Origin: Antedon mediterranea
Lineage: Eukaryota > Animalia > Echinodermata
Direction: 5' to 3'
Length of the DNA: 64,000 bases
Assembly (NCBI RefSeq): GCF_964355755.1
Contig: NC_092673.1
Coordinates: 10,574,948-10,638,947 of the forward strand
Shown piece after piece: positions 12,594 to 24,720 of the stretch. How positions within the stretch are numbered: position 1 is the stretch's first letter; every line of letters starts with the position of its first letter. The position numbers and the translations under genes were made by a program. The notes beneath the pieces were generated by a model. It was given only the letters and a program-made list of their open reading frames with translations, did not search any database and was not told the DNA's origin.

Positions 12594-13989
12594 CACATTA
12601 AAATAATGTATGCATGATGTCAGTAGCGTCTCTCTTTACCTCCTTTTTGTTTTATTTTAAAAGGAAACAAAGAATTCTCTATGTAAAACATAAACCATTT
12701 AAATGAAAATGAAAGTTAATTTAAAGTTAGAAATAATTATTATTTGTTTTACTTTTTTTGAAAAATAGTGAAACTTAACATCTTGCTTCACGTTACACCA
12801 ATCATTCATTGCGAAGCTCCATTGTTAACATTTCCGGAAGAAATTAAGTATATGTTGGTTTAGTTCAATCAAGACATACTTAAATATCACTTCATTATAT
12901 TCTTGTCTTTTTATTGTTGTCATTGATTAACTTCCAAAACCAACTTCCTTCCCATCGTTAACCATTGTCTTTTTCAAATTAAATAACATCTCCATTGTTT
13001 TACTTCCTTACCATTGTTTACCATTGTATTAATTATAATAGGATTAACTAATGTCATCCCCTCAAACGCCCTCTACGGGGGCTGTACCTGCATATATTAC
13101 TACTAACGTTTTAACATGCAAATTAGAAGGCGGAGCTTAAAAGTGAAAAGGCCTTGACAGCGCGCGAAAGTTTCATCTTTTTAACATCCTTCAGCAGCTG
13201 TGCAATTTTTGATATTGATAGCGCTGCATGCGCCTGTAATTTATTACTGTACTATACTATTATCCACGCATTTGGAATTGGTATTTCATAATTTTATCTA
13301 CAGAAATATTATTTATTAATATTATAAAATGAATATATTGTAAAATTAAGATAATTATATTCATTGTAGAAATAATAATGATGACGCATTATCAGTATAT
13401 GTCTTTATTCATTCATCATGGAAAAAATTAACAACTGAAAGCTTTCAAAAACATTTAAAAACCGACAAATATTGCTCACGTTATTTCGTTATCGTTTTTA
13501 GTAAGGCTGCGAAACCTCTAATAACATTTAACCTTAATTGGGCCATTGTATGGTTCATGACGGATCGCTATAAAACAGTCGGTGTCTACAAACGCTCCTG
13601 GGAAAACAACGAAAATAAACACAACTCCAACTCCATTATTAGTGAAAATGTACAGTAAAAGTACAAAGAACAATATTATCACCATTTTGTTAAATAATAC
13701 ATCGCACCATATGAAAAGATAATATATAAATGTTATATATTACATTTGAAACCCGCTCTTGTAATAATAAGGTGCTTATAAAATAAACAGAGTAATGATT
13801 GGTCTATCAACCTTTTTTGGATATCGCTTTAGTCCCAGAGCGTGCAAAGTGATGGGTTAGAAAAACTCACCCTTTCAACAAATATTTCCACCTTCGATAA
13901 ACCATATTCAATTCAGTTGAGGTCCATATATATTTGTCTCTCATTTTTAATTGCTCTTTTTTATTTTATTTATTTCATGGATTAGGCCT

Positions 13990-14424
13990 ACTTTTATTTT
14001 ATGTAAAGAGCATAGAGGCCACAGTTTTTAGCCGATTCTCACCAAATTTGGTCACAATGATCTATGCTACAAAAGCTCAGACGAGTTTGAATTTGAGGGG
14101 AAAAGGTCGTAGGTCAAGGTCACAACTAACAAAACACTATTTTACTGCCCAGAGACCACAGTTTTCATTCGATTCTCACAAATGGGAATGGAAAAAAAAA
14201 ATAAATAAAAAAAAATATATAAAAAAACCGGGGCTTGAACCAGCGATCTCAACTGTGAGAGGCTGGATACATAACGATTACACCAAACTCTCATCAATAA
14301 CTTTTTTGTGTGCACTTAGCCTATTTACATTTAGAACTAATACAAAAAATTTTTTAAAAATATATATATTTTCCGGGGACATTTTATGTAGGGAAGGTTT
14401 GTACTCTCGGAGTACCCTCTAGTT
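13990..14424 (+). mobile_element. Non-autonomous Helitron/Helentron-like (HINE/DINE-type) element, 3' part
   Basis: 3' hairpin GTACTC-TCG-GAGTAC followed by CTAGTT (14401-14424), plus an internal GGTCAAGGTCAC motif seen in such elements. 5' boundary uncertain. Confidence 0.55.
14228..14290 (-). pseudogene. tRNA-derived relic (Glu-CTC-like)
   Basis: Minus strand reads TGGTGTAATCGTTA...GCCTCTCAC...GGTTCAAGCCCCGG, with A-box-like and B-box-like motifs at tRNA spacing but no intact acceptor stem. Confidence 0.45.
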
Positions 14425-14639
14425 GTTACTGTTATTATTATTATCATCATCATCATCATCATTATTATTACCCTCTATTCACCACGCCTTATTGGATTAT
14501 AGTCACGTGATATGCAGATCAAATTGTGTCAAACTTGTCTCCATTAATGCATGTAAAGTGACCCAAATTGTGGAATGACTTGAATTACGAACTACAAAGT
14601 ACCAAATCAATATATATATTTAAATCATTGTTTAAAGAA

Positions 14640-14882
14640 CATTTATTATCATTTTACAAATAATTTTAAAAATAATACTTGTTGCAGGATTTAGCTTTTT
14701 TTATTATTTTTATGTTTTAGTTTTTTAGGCTAGTTAGGGACATAGGGGGACACAACTAATCAAGCTCTTTTGAGTTTTTATGTGTTTCCTTTTCATCCTT
14801 TTTATGTTCTCATATATTGTTGTTGTATATTTTCATGATTGAGGATGAATAAAGAATATTTGAATTTGAATTTGAATTTGAA
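14640..14882 (+). mobile_element. Short LINE 3' UTR remnant with (TTTGAA)n tail
   Basis: AATAAA followed by tttgaatttgaatttgaatttgaa, the tail style of CR1-group elements. Confidence 0.45.
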
Positions 14883-16199
14883 AGTATAGGAGCAACAAAA
14901 TATTTTCAACTTTTTCTTATATTTAAAAAAATGTAATTGCACATTTTACGGTGAAATATTGACGTGCACAGCGTACAGAAGTACTTGCGCCAAAAAATAT
15001 TGCGCGCGCGTGGGCTAGTACATTATAACGTTCGATTGATTGATTTTGGAACAAAACATCCCATAACTACGTCCCATTAATAACAATAATGTAATATTTT
15101 CAATTCATAATGCATGCTTTGATGACTAAATAAAATAATAAAGTGTTGTGGATATATTTGTTAATATACTGAAAAGGGTATGAAAAATATTTAAATAATA
15201 AAGGCAAATTATTACAAATGAAATGATAAGTCTCTGAATGTTAATAACGTTGGCGGCGCAGTTTGTGTAAAAAACACACAGAAAGCCATATACTACATAA
15301 AAAGAGTTAAGTGGTGAATTTGTGCATCATACAAAATATATAAACCAAATGAACTTTAATCTATATCATAGTAATTGTATAATTAATTTTATAATCAAAC
15401 AAGTTTTTTTTTCTAGTTTTATTCTTATGTAGTTTATCCAGCAATTTTTTAGTAACACTGTTTTTTATCAATAGATGCAAGTGTGCATGCAGTGAACTAG
15501 GAGTGAAAACTGGCAAATGGATATGTTTTTATTGGTGCATTTGTCACTACTAACTACTAATAAATGTAAACAAAATTGATACAAAAATTGCTGAAAACAA
15601 TGTTAAATCACACTATTGCATATCATCTAAGCTTAGTTGTGTTTATAAAGCATAACATTTTCTTATTAGAATAGAACAGTGACAAGTGTAATTAATAATT
15701 GAAGGGAAACGTAAAATGATAAGGAGTACCATATCAGGAAGCAACAGTAACAATGCTCTGTTCTTTTAATTAAAAAGGTAAATCATTTACTTATTATAAT
15801 TGACTCTATGCCCATTACAATTGTTAAAATCATGTATTAATATATTTCTATATGTAGGCCTATCCTTGAGCATGAATATAAATAAGAGTTGTAACTCAAG
15901 TAAACAGCAGACACACTAACTGAAAAGTATAGGTATTAGTAAACATTGATTAATATAATCAATTAAGAATACAACATTCAAGTAGTAGCACTTTTAACTG
16001 CGTTACATCTTCTCTCTCTCTCTTATTATTTTGTTATAAGATCATTGATGATAATTTTAGAAGAGGAAGATATCAAATAACAAGATGAGGGAAGAGAAAA
16101 TGAAGGGAAAACAAGAGAAGATGGTTAAATATAAGACAAGTATTATATTATAGCAATTACTAGTATTATTATTTTAATATGAACATTCCCATTTTTTAA

Positions 16200-16568
16200 G
16201 TTCTATAAGGTTAACATACTTAGACAAGACCCATGTACACCAACCAACACAGCAATAAGCTATTATTTCAGCAACACTACCAATATAAAATTTGGAGGAA
16301 GACCGAGAACCACCCTACCAATAACTCTCAGCAACGACCTACTCACCCTGTTCTGAAGAACAACAAAAGAATAATGAGGGCGCTATTGTATAGTGTGTAA
16401 AAGGCCGTTTTGGCGTGTCATAGATAAAAAGAAAAAAACCAAATACCGACAGCGTGGTTGATAAGACGTGTGCAAATAAATGATAATAAAAACCAGAAAG
16501 TTCTTGCGTATATATTATTTTATGGGCCTTTCTTCAGTACAAGAAAAATGGTAGCAGAGCGAGGTTAA
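16200..16568 (+). mobile_element. Possible piggyBac-like 3' remnant
   Basis: Fragments GRYCIVCKR...KRKKTKY resemble a piggyBac C-terminal Cys-rich region, and the stretch ends in GAGG-TTAA. Very degraded. Confidence 0.3.
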
Positions 16569-18207
16569 ATAGACCAATTTAAACAAATAGTCACATATGT
16601 AAGAAAAACTAGCTCCAGCTCGATATTTGTGCCAAAATAGATTTTATTGACTAACTTTGTTATTCTTGAGTTGCTGAATTCAAAAAAGTTAGGTGCCATT
16701 TTTTTCGACCACTCCTTCAGCTGCCATTTTGTATTTCAAAATGGCCAACCTTCTACACTGAACTTTGTCATCCATGGTATCATCGGAAAGGAAATGTAAT
16801 ACTGATCATTTTATCCCATTACATCCATATCAAAAAATGCATAGTTGCATAGTTATTTAACAATAAAACAAATCACGTGATCAAAAAGGTCAAAAGGTCA
16901 ACATTTTAATTTTCTCAAATACTTTACTGTTTGGTATCGTAGGATAGCTTTTTTTATTCTGAATACAGTTTTAATAATATCTATTCGATTTTCCTTTGTC
17001 TATTGTCATAATTTTCCAATTATGTAAATAAATTGTTTTTAAATGTACAATAAAAAAGGTCTCCTTTGTATTAATCTTCTATCTTGGAGGTAAAGTAATT
17101 GATACCTTTTATTTGAGCAATTTCATACAACTACTACAGCAAAAACGTAACTTTGAAAGTAATTTAGATTTGTCTTAATTCTGCTAGTTAATGTAGTTTT
17201 ATTTATAACTATTTCCAGTGCAGTGGCGTCTATGTTGTTTTTTTCAAACATGGTTTTCTGCCAATAGCATGGTTGATTGTTGTAAGCCTAGACCTATATA
17301 TATATAAAGTAAATCGATAAAAAGGTTGCTTATTTAAATTAATTTATGTACACATTCTTATATTATATATATTGGATATTTGTGTGACCATAAAGGCAGG
17401 ATAAAAAACAGCTCATCTATACTTTCGTGTTTTTAGGTTAACAATTTTTTTCGAAATTCTCAATATGGTCTAAAACGTCTCCAAATAGGATAATAAGATA
17501 TTCGGTAAACTTTGATGTTTTTGTGAAAAGGTTTTGTCAAAATGTTCTAAATTGTCCAAAACGTTTCCAAATACGATATTAAGCTATTTTGTGCACTTGA
17601 TATTTTTGTGTGAAAAGTTTTATCGAAATGCTCAAAATGGTCTAAAACAGTTTCAAATATGATTTTTAGCACTTTGATTTTTTTGTGTAACCAAATTTCA
17701 TCGAAATGCACAAAATGGTTTAAAATGTCTCCAAATGCGATTTTAAGCTTTTCTGTGCACTTTGGTGTTTTTATGTTAACAAGTTATTTCGAAATGCTCA
17801 ATATGGCCTAAAACGTCTGGGTGGGTTAATAAGCTATTCTGTACACTTTGATGTTTTGTTTTTAAAAAGTTTTTTCAAAATGCTCAATATGGTTTAAAAC
17901 GTCTCCAAATGGGAAAATAAGCTATTCTGTACACTTTGAAGTTTTGTGTGAAAAAGTTTTACCAAAATGTTTAAAATGATCTAAAACGGTTTCAAATGTG
18001 ATTTAAAGCTATTCAAAGCACGTTGGTGTTTTTATGTCAACAAGTTTTTTTCGAAATACTCAATATGGTCTAAAAGGTCTTCAAATGGGATAATAAGCTA
18101 TTCTGTACACTTTGATATTTTTGTATGAAAAGTATTATCGAAATGCTCAAAATGGTCTAAAACGGTTTCAAATATGATTTTAAGCACTTTGATTTTTTTG
18201 TGTAACC

Positions 18208-20489
18208 CACACTCAATTCACCAGGGACAAAAAGTAGTGAGCCCTCTATCGGCAGCGAATCGTTTTTGCACACGAGACAGCGTTGACAATTACCCGGAAG
18301 CAACTTTGTTTTGAAAAGTAAATCTTAGGTTTTTGCAAACTGGCCAATTGGAACTTTTGGTTTTATTTACTAATGAATAATTCATGAAAACCTTTGACGA
18401 GGCATCTACGAACCACGTGATATTGTTTTTTAATCGACGAACCCATTATATTTGTGTGAAACAAGGGTGAATGTTTTTTAAACAATTTTAGGCTATTCGA
18501 ATGTTAAAATTTTGTCTAATTTGTTGAGGCTGTAATAAAACAACGCAATTTTTTGAGAAGGTGGGTTTTATAGTTTCTGAATATTTGATTTTTCAATAGT
18601 AGTTAATAAAAAAATCTCGTTGGGGTTATTTTTTATTTTTTTTTAATGGCTGCTTAAACATGTGCCTTCTTGGGTATTTCACTATTGAAAATGGAACACA
18701 TGGTTGTAGCTAAAATCATTTTTTACGCCATAAGATAAAAAATGTGGTTTTGTAAATTAATAAGGGCAACATATAATATATAGGAAAGCTGTTTTAAATC
18801 ATAAAACTCTACAAAGCCTCTTTGTTTTATTTATAAATCAATATAGTCTAGGCCTAGTAATACAGTAGGAGAGCCAGGCTTTAGCCTATAATAGTGGGGT
18901 AGTGCGTGCATTATTGGCGCGTGTTCATTGTCAGGCGCGCGTTGTTTATAGGCCTAAGAAAATAAGAATAAATATACACATATAATTAAATAATGATTAT
19001 TATTAATTGAATGTTTTGTTTTTTTTACAGACCCCAGAGGATTGTTCTACATACTTCAATACAAATAGCATTAAAGCAACAACAATTTCTTATGAGTCAT
19101 ATTAATTTACCTCTGGCATATAATGTGAAAAAGCACTATTAATACTGTAATTATGGATATCTATAGATGTATTGCCAAAGAGACATTTATTTTTCAAAAA
19201 CTTTAACTTATCCTAATTTACTTATTTAAAGGTTCAAGTGGCGGTTTGTTGTTGTGCAGTAGTTTAATAAAGTTTAAATGTACATTTCAAATCGGCAAAT
19301 AAATAATGGTAATAGGCCTACTACAGTAATAGTAAATCTTTTGAAGATTAGGCTTAGTACAAAAAATGTTAGCTAAGTTCATGTAGAAAACTTGTTATCT
19401 GATTTTTAAGGTGCAATTTGTGATAATATTAAAAGTTAAAATGTTAATTGGTGTGTATTTGTATTTCATTTATTGCTCCATTATTATAATAATTCATTTT
19501 AGCTCCGATAAAAAGTAAACATTTTCAGCATATACTTAAATCAATCATATGTTAGTGAAAGGTGACATTAACAGATTTATTATGAGATTACTAGTAAGCC
19601 TATTAGTAGGTTTAGCTCTATTCATAAAAATATGACATTATAATTATATACTGTGTACATTAATTAATTAGCCTAGGCCTAACTAATTGACTGATTTTTC
19701 AGTATTTTACCAAGTCAGCCGTTCAGGCATGCAAACAGTCCCCACTTCACACTAATCTTCATAATTATAAGAAAAATGAAAGTTGAGCACTTTATTTTAA
19801 AATTTATATGCCCATATTATAAGATTCTGCATCATCCACTTAACAAGAACTAAAATTGAGAGCACAGTGATGGAGCGCATTTTCCGTCGTTCTCGTCGCC
19901 TAAGGAAACGAGTATTCCAGCCTTGCCGCGTATTCCTAGGCCTACGCGCACCGCACTTTCGCTCAAAATACACTATCTTCAACTCCTTATAGAATTTATT
20001 TGAAAAATAACCCCAAGCTTATATTTGGAAATCTTTGAAAATGCATATAAGACTATATTATAGCATTTTCAGAATTTCATTTAAAAATTGCAAATTAATG
20101 TTAGCTATTTTAACAAATTAGTTAGTTTTCACTTTTTTGTTTTCGCCGTATGACTCGCTTTGTTTACGTTTACACTTGGCTTAGACGTTTATCTTAGAAT
20201 TCAAATAAATTAATCCATAATCAACTAAAATTGCTATTGTTGTGGTTTTTGTTTAATATAAATGTTCTTTATTAACAGAAATAAATCAAACAACAATATA
20301 ATTTAATACAAACCCGTTAAAAAGGAAATTTAGACAGCCTATAAAACACGGACGTCAGAACTCGCGTCGCTCGAAATGCTCGTTAACTTTCTATTTATAG
20401 CCAATCGAAAAAGGCTCCGGCTAACTTAAACAATGAAAACGGCTCTCGGAACACTTAATGTCCCATTTTCGCTGTTTGACGTGGATGTG
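18208..20489. mobile_element. Non-autonomous DNA transposon with CAC...GTG termini and 4-bp TSD (Chapaev/CMC- or Transib/RAG-group-like)
   Basis: Satellite gtgtAACCaagtttc is split with AACC duplicated (18204-18207, 20490-20493). Ends read CACACTC... and CACATCC... (minus strand). No long ORF. Confidence 0.75.
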
Positions 20490-20894
20490 AACCAAGTTTC
20501 GTCGAAATGCACAAAATAGTTTAAAATGTAAAAACGTAAAAATGCGATTCAAAGCTATTCTAAGCACTTTGGTGTTTTTATGTGAAAAAGTTTTGGTCGA
20601 AATGCTTAAAATGGTCTAAACTGTCTCCAAATGGGACAATAAGCTATTCTGTACACTTTGATGTTTTGTGTAAAAACGTTTTATCGTAATGCTCAAAATG
20701 GTCTAAAACGGTTTCAAATGTGATTTTAAGCACTTTGATGTTATTGTGTTACCAAGTTTCAATAAAATGCACAAAATGGTCTAAAACGTCTCCAAATGCG
20801 ATTTGAAGCTATTCTAAGCACTTTGGTGATTTATGTTAACACGTTTTTTCGAAATACTCAATATGGTCTAAAATGTCTTCAAATGGGATAATAA

Positions 20895-21016
20895 TCACGT
20901 GATTGCGGGGCGCCCTCGCAATCATCTTTTGACAGCGTGAGCATCTCATCCTCTTCACCTCACGCTGTCAACAGATTACCACGCCAGTTTTTGGCTAAGT
21001 AAAATAATTTTCACTT
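20895..21016 (+). repeat. Ngaro terminal repeat A1
   Basis: 122 bp, appears identical to A2 at 27608-27729. Confidence 0.95.
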
Positions 21017-21224
21017 TTACATTTACCAGTTCATTTTATCCTCATACAGTTATAGGCTGTGTGAACTCACACAATATACTTCGACTGGAATTTATCTAAC
21101 ACCTTATCTTACCCCCATTCTGTTCGATTTTTCGTACTTTACTGTAATTATGTTGTCTGGTTATGCCCTAGCCCTAGGCTCAACTCATTCGTTTCCGGTT
21201 TGAGCGAAAGCCTCGCTTTCCATC

Positions 21225-22640
21225 ACGGCTTGGGTAATTCGTCCGACTCCATACTTGGTTCACATCGACCTTTGCCTGACTTCCGAATCAGTCATCACTA
21301 TGATAATACTGTTCTTTGGGGGGTGCCCGGCCGCGATTTTTTTTTTCGTACATAAGTTGGGGACCCTCTCATGAAACGTCACAAAATAAACATGAATAAT
21401 TCATCAGTTAAATGTGTTGTTCCGTGTGCACCCAAGCGTATAGCAACAAGAAGCGATTACACAACTACGATACGATACTTTCTACAGTAGGCCTAGGATT
21501 CTAAGTCAATTCACGCGATTGCCTTCGCGCACTCTTCTTCACACAAAATGTGTCCAGTCGAGGCTAATCGACAGCTAGGCAAGACATTAAACTAAGTAGT
21601 AATTCAGACATTGGACATAGCCCAAAGAAAGCTTAGACCCACAAGAATAAAGAATGTGTATAATTTGTGTACTGTATTTTTTTTTTATTCTGCTATTTTA
21701 TTATCAAACAATGCATGTACTCAAAGGAACTTTAAAAATGCGCGTATATGAACACATGAGATGGGAAGATTAGACCCACGAGAATAAAAAATGTATTTTT
21801 GTGTAATGTTTATTGTTTAATTTTGCTGACTTATTACTCGGATTGTGTCATACCTATAACACACACACACACACACACAGCTCTACTAGAATAGACATAT
21901 GTTTAGAGACTAATAATTAGGCCTAGGTAGGCCTAATAGTATTAATAGAAACTATAATTTTAACACGTAATTCTTTAGTAATAAATTATATTAAAAACAC
22001 TATCATAAACTAAAGGCTGATTATTTCGACAATCCACACAAAACACCGCTATTCTTCTATGAAATCGCACGCCGCAACAACAGCGCGGAGATAGGCCTAG
22101 AATCGTACCGCACTTGTGTAATCACTTCTTGTTGCTATACGCTTGGGTGCACACGGAACAAGAACATTTAACTGATGAATTATTCATGTTTATTTTGTGA
22201 CGTTTCATGAGGGGGTCCCCAACTTATGTACGAAAAAAAAATCGCTGCCCGGCCTAAAGATAAACGACCTAACTAATTTTGTAAATCAAGTGGCAACATT
22301 CAAGCCAGATTTTTGATAATCGACCTCGGATCGAATGACCTAGTTAAAAAGTAAGGTCTGCTTTCATGCACGGAGCCTCTTATGCTAACTTATGCCATTA
22401 AATAACAACAATCTTATTATCTGTTTCTACTACTGCGTCACTGTGGACAATCCGGAACCGGATTTTAGAGGAAAATAAATACATAATTAAACAGAATAAA
22501 CAAAATAAAATGCCAGGCAACACACTGTTGACTCCATTTCTTATTTTCCCATTGTTTTACATCCAAAAGAAATAAATAATAACTTGTTTTTTTTTTTTTT
22601 CTTTCTTGATGCTACGCTAAACTGGCAAATATTTTGCACA
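21225..22640 (+). pseudogene. SGNH/GDSL hydrolase relic within the Ngaro element, interrupted by a MITE
   Basis: Removing 21333-22254 gives one frame SDSIL...VLWGVPGLKINDLTNFVNQVATFKPD, then after a frameshift LIIDLGSNDL (SGNH blocks I-III). A possible degenerate block V lies at ~22605-22625. Confidence 0.65.
21333..22245. mobile_element. Mutator (MULE)-like MITE
   Basis: ~130-145 bp TIRs (GCGATTTTTTTTTTCGTACATAAGTTGGGGACCC...) and a perfect 9-bp TSD TGCCCGGCC (21324-21332, 22246-22254). Confidence 0.88.
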
Positions 22641-22669
22641 AATCTGAATGGTTTATAGTTAGTATAGCA

Positions 22670-23880
22670 TTCATCTTATGACTCATGCGGGTTCCCCAAG
22701 TACATCATTCATTATATTAAGACTCCTTTATTACTCATGCTCTTAAGTACAGCATTCATTATATGACTCATGCTGGTTTCCCTACTACCACCACATAATT
22801 TCTTATGCTGGTTCATTACCTACCCCCACATACGGCGGTGTTTTATCACTCATGCTCTTAAGTACAGCATTCATTTTATGACTCATGCTGGTTTCACTAC
22901 TACCACCACATAATTTCTTATGCTGGTTCATTAACCCTTCTACCACCACATAATTTCTTATGCTGGTTCATTACCTACCTCCACATACGGCGGTGTTTTA
23001 TCACTCATGCCCTTAAGTACAGCATTCTTTATATGACTCATGCTGGTTATATGACTCATGCTGGTTTCACTACTACCACCACATAATTTCTTATGCTGGT
23101 TCACCATTATATGACTACTACCATCACATAATTTCTTATGCTGGTTCACCATTATATGACTACTACCACCACATAATTTCTTATGCTGGTTTACCATTAT
23201 ATGACTACTACCACCACATAATTTCTTATGCTGGTTTACCATTATATGACTACTACCACCACATAATTTCTTATGCTGGTTTACCATTATATGACTACTA
23301 CCACCACATAATTTCTTATGCTGGTTCACCATTATATGACTACTACCACCACATAATTTCTTATGCTGGTTTACCATTATATGACTACTACCACCACATA
23401 ATTTCTTATGCTGGTTTACCATTATATGACTACTACCACCACATAATTTCTTATGCTGGTTCATTCATTATATTATGACTCATGCTGGTTCCCCTATTAC
23501 CACCACATAATTACTTATGCTGGTTCATTAACCCTACTACCACCACATAATTTCTTATGCTGGTTCATTACCCACCCCCACATACGGCGGTGTTTTTATC
23601 ACTCATGCTCTTAAGTACAGCATTCATTATATGACTCATGCTGGTTTCCCTACTACCACCACATAATTACTTATGCTGGTTCATTAACTACCCCCGCATA
23701 CGGCGGTGTTTTATCACTCATGCTCTTAAGTACAGCATTCATTATATGACTCATGCTGGTTATATGACTCATGCTGGTCCTCCTACTATCACCCCATACG
23801 GCGGTGGTGTCTTATCACCCTCCTCTAAGTACAGCATTTCTTTAAATGACTCATGCTGGTTTCATTCTCTACCCCAATGC
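22670..23880. repeat. Composite minisatellite in the Ngaro 5' region, with a 45-bp tandem core at ~23070-23465
   Basis: tactaccaccacataatttcttatgctggtttaccattatatgac repeated about 9 times, flanked by shuffled modules (catacggcggtg, ttaagtacagcattc, atgactcatgctgg). Confidence 0.92.
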
Positions 23881-24016
23881 TGACTTTTGTCTCCAATCTT
23901 TTATTCCCTCCTTTAACATGGTTGCAGGGCCCTTTTCCCCTGCAACTTGATGATATCTGTCCACACACATTTTTCTTTCCGTCTTAATTGCACAACGATT
24001 TTCTTACAGATACACC

Positions 24017-24720
24017 ATGTCATGACGGAAAAGAACTAACAAGAGGTAAAAAATACGGCACAAAAAAAAAAAAAAAAAAAGAATTGTGCCAGTACCTGAA
24101 TTTGACATAAATAAAAATTAAAGGACATGAGGCATATCGTCGAAACCCTGGTAACTTCTGTGGTTGAGATTAATGTCGGTAAGCCGAACCTACCGGCAGC
24201 TCTCTTCCTCAAACCCCCTACCTTGTCAAAAACTTAAAGAGAAAATAATCTCCCACAAATTCATCGAGCTGCACAATCTGCTCGACTTCAACAGCGCAGC
24301 GGAAGCTTTGACGCTAACGTTCACTGGTACCTTTGAACTTGTGCCTAAGCCCAAATGCCGCATCTTAAACGAACACAACTGGCACTAGGCCTTTCACGAC
24401 TTTGCCACAATTTTATTTAAGTAAATATACGCAGGACATCTTAATTATTTTAAGTATATTAAATACCTCATGCGCAGTCATCCAAATTAATGGTACTTTT
24501 ACGACTGATAATTTCGAATGGCTACTGAGTACACACTTTGCTCTTGGTCATCGGTTCGAGCCGACCTCCTGCATAAACTAGACGCAACGAGCTAACCATA
24601 AACCTCTAACCCATCCAACCGTGGAGCGTCCACTCGGCTTCTCCTACCATAACAGATTCAATAGATGTGTCCAGACAAACTGTCAGTATCGCCACTCGTT
24701 TTTCAGTGCTCGGGATCCCA
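24017..24720 (+). pseudogene. Ngaro gag-like ORF1 relic
   Basis: KLKEKIISHKFIELHNLL, W.*AFHDFATI and WYFYD**FR fit DIRS/Ngaro gag motifs; many stops and frameshifts. Confidence 0.65.

Larger units (their letters stand above)
9516..13104 (-). mobile_element. Polinton/Maverick (adintovirus-like) terminal fragment, decayed
   Basis: Co-oriented, tightly packed genes: PC4-like, rve integrase with chromodomain, minor capsid protein and amphipathic core protein. Ends in ...ATTACTACT (5'-AGTAGT on the minus strand), the typical Polinton terminus. Confidence 0.9.

Noticed and set aside
13934-14422. 162-aa ORF
   Set aside because: TTG start, low-complexity composition, and it spans a non-coding repeat element.
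19863-19869. Perfect RSS heptamer CACAGTG inside the CAC element
   Set aside because: No nonamer at 12 or 23 nt; a 7-mer is expected by chance.
22958-23464. 168-aa ORF with (MVNQHKKLCGGSSHI)n
   Set aside because: Antisense read-through of a 45-bp minisatellite.
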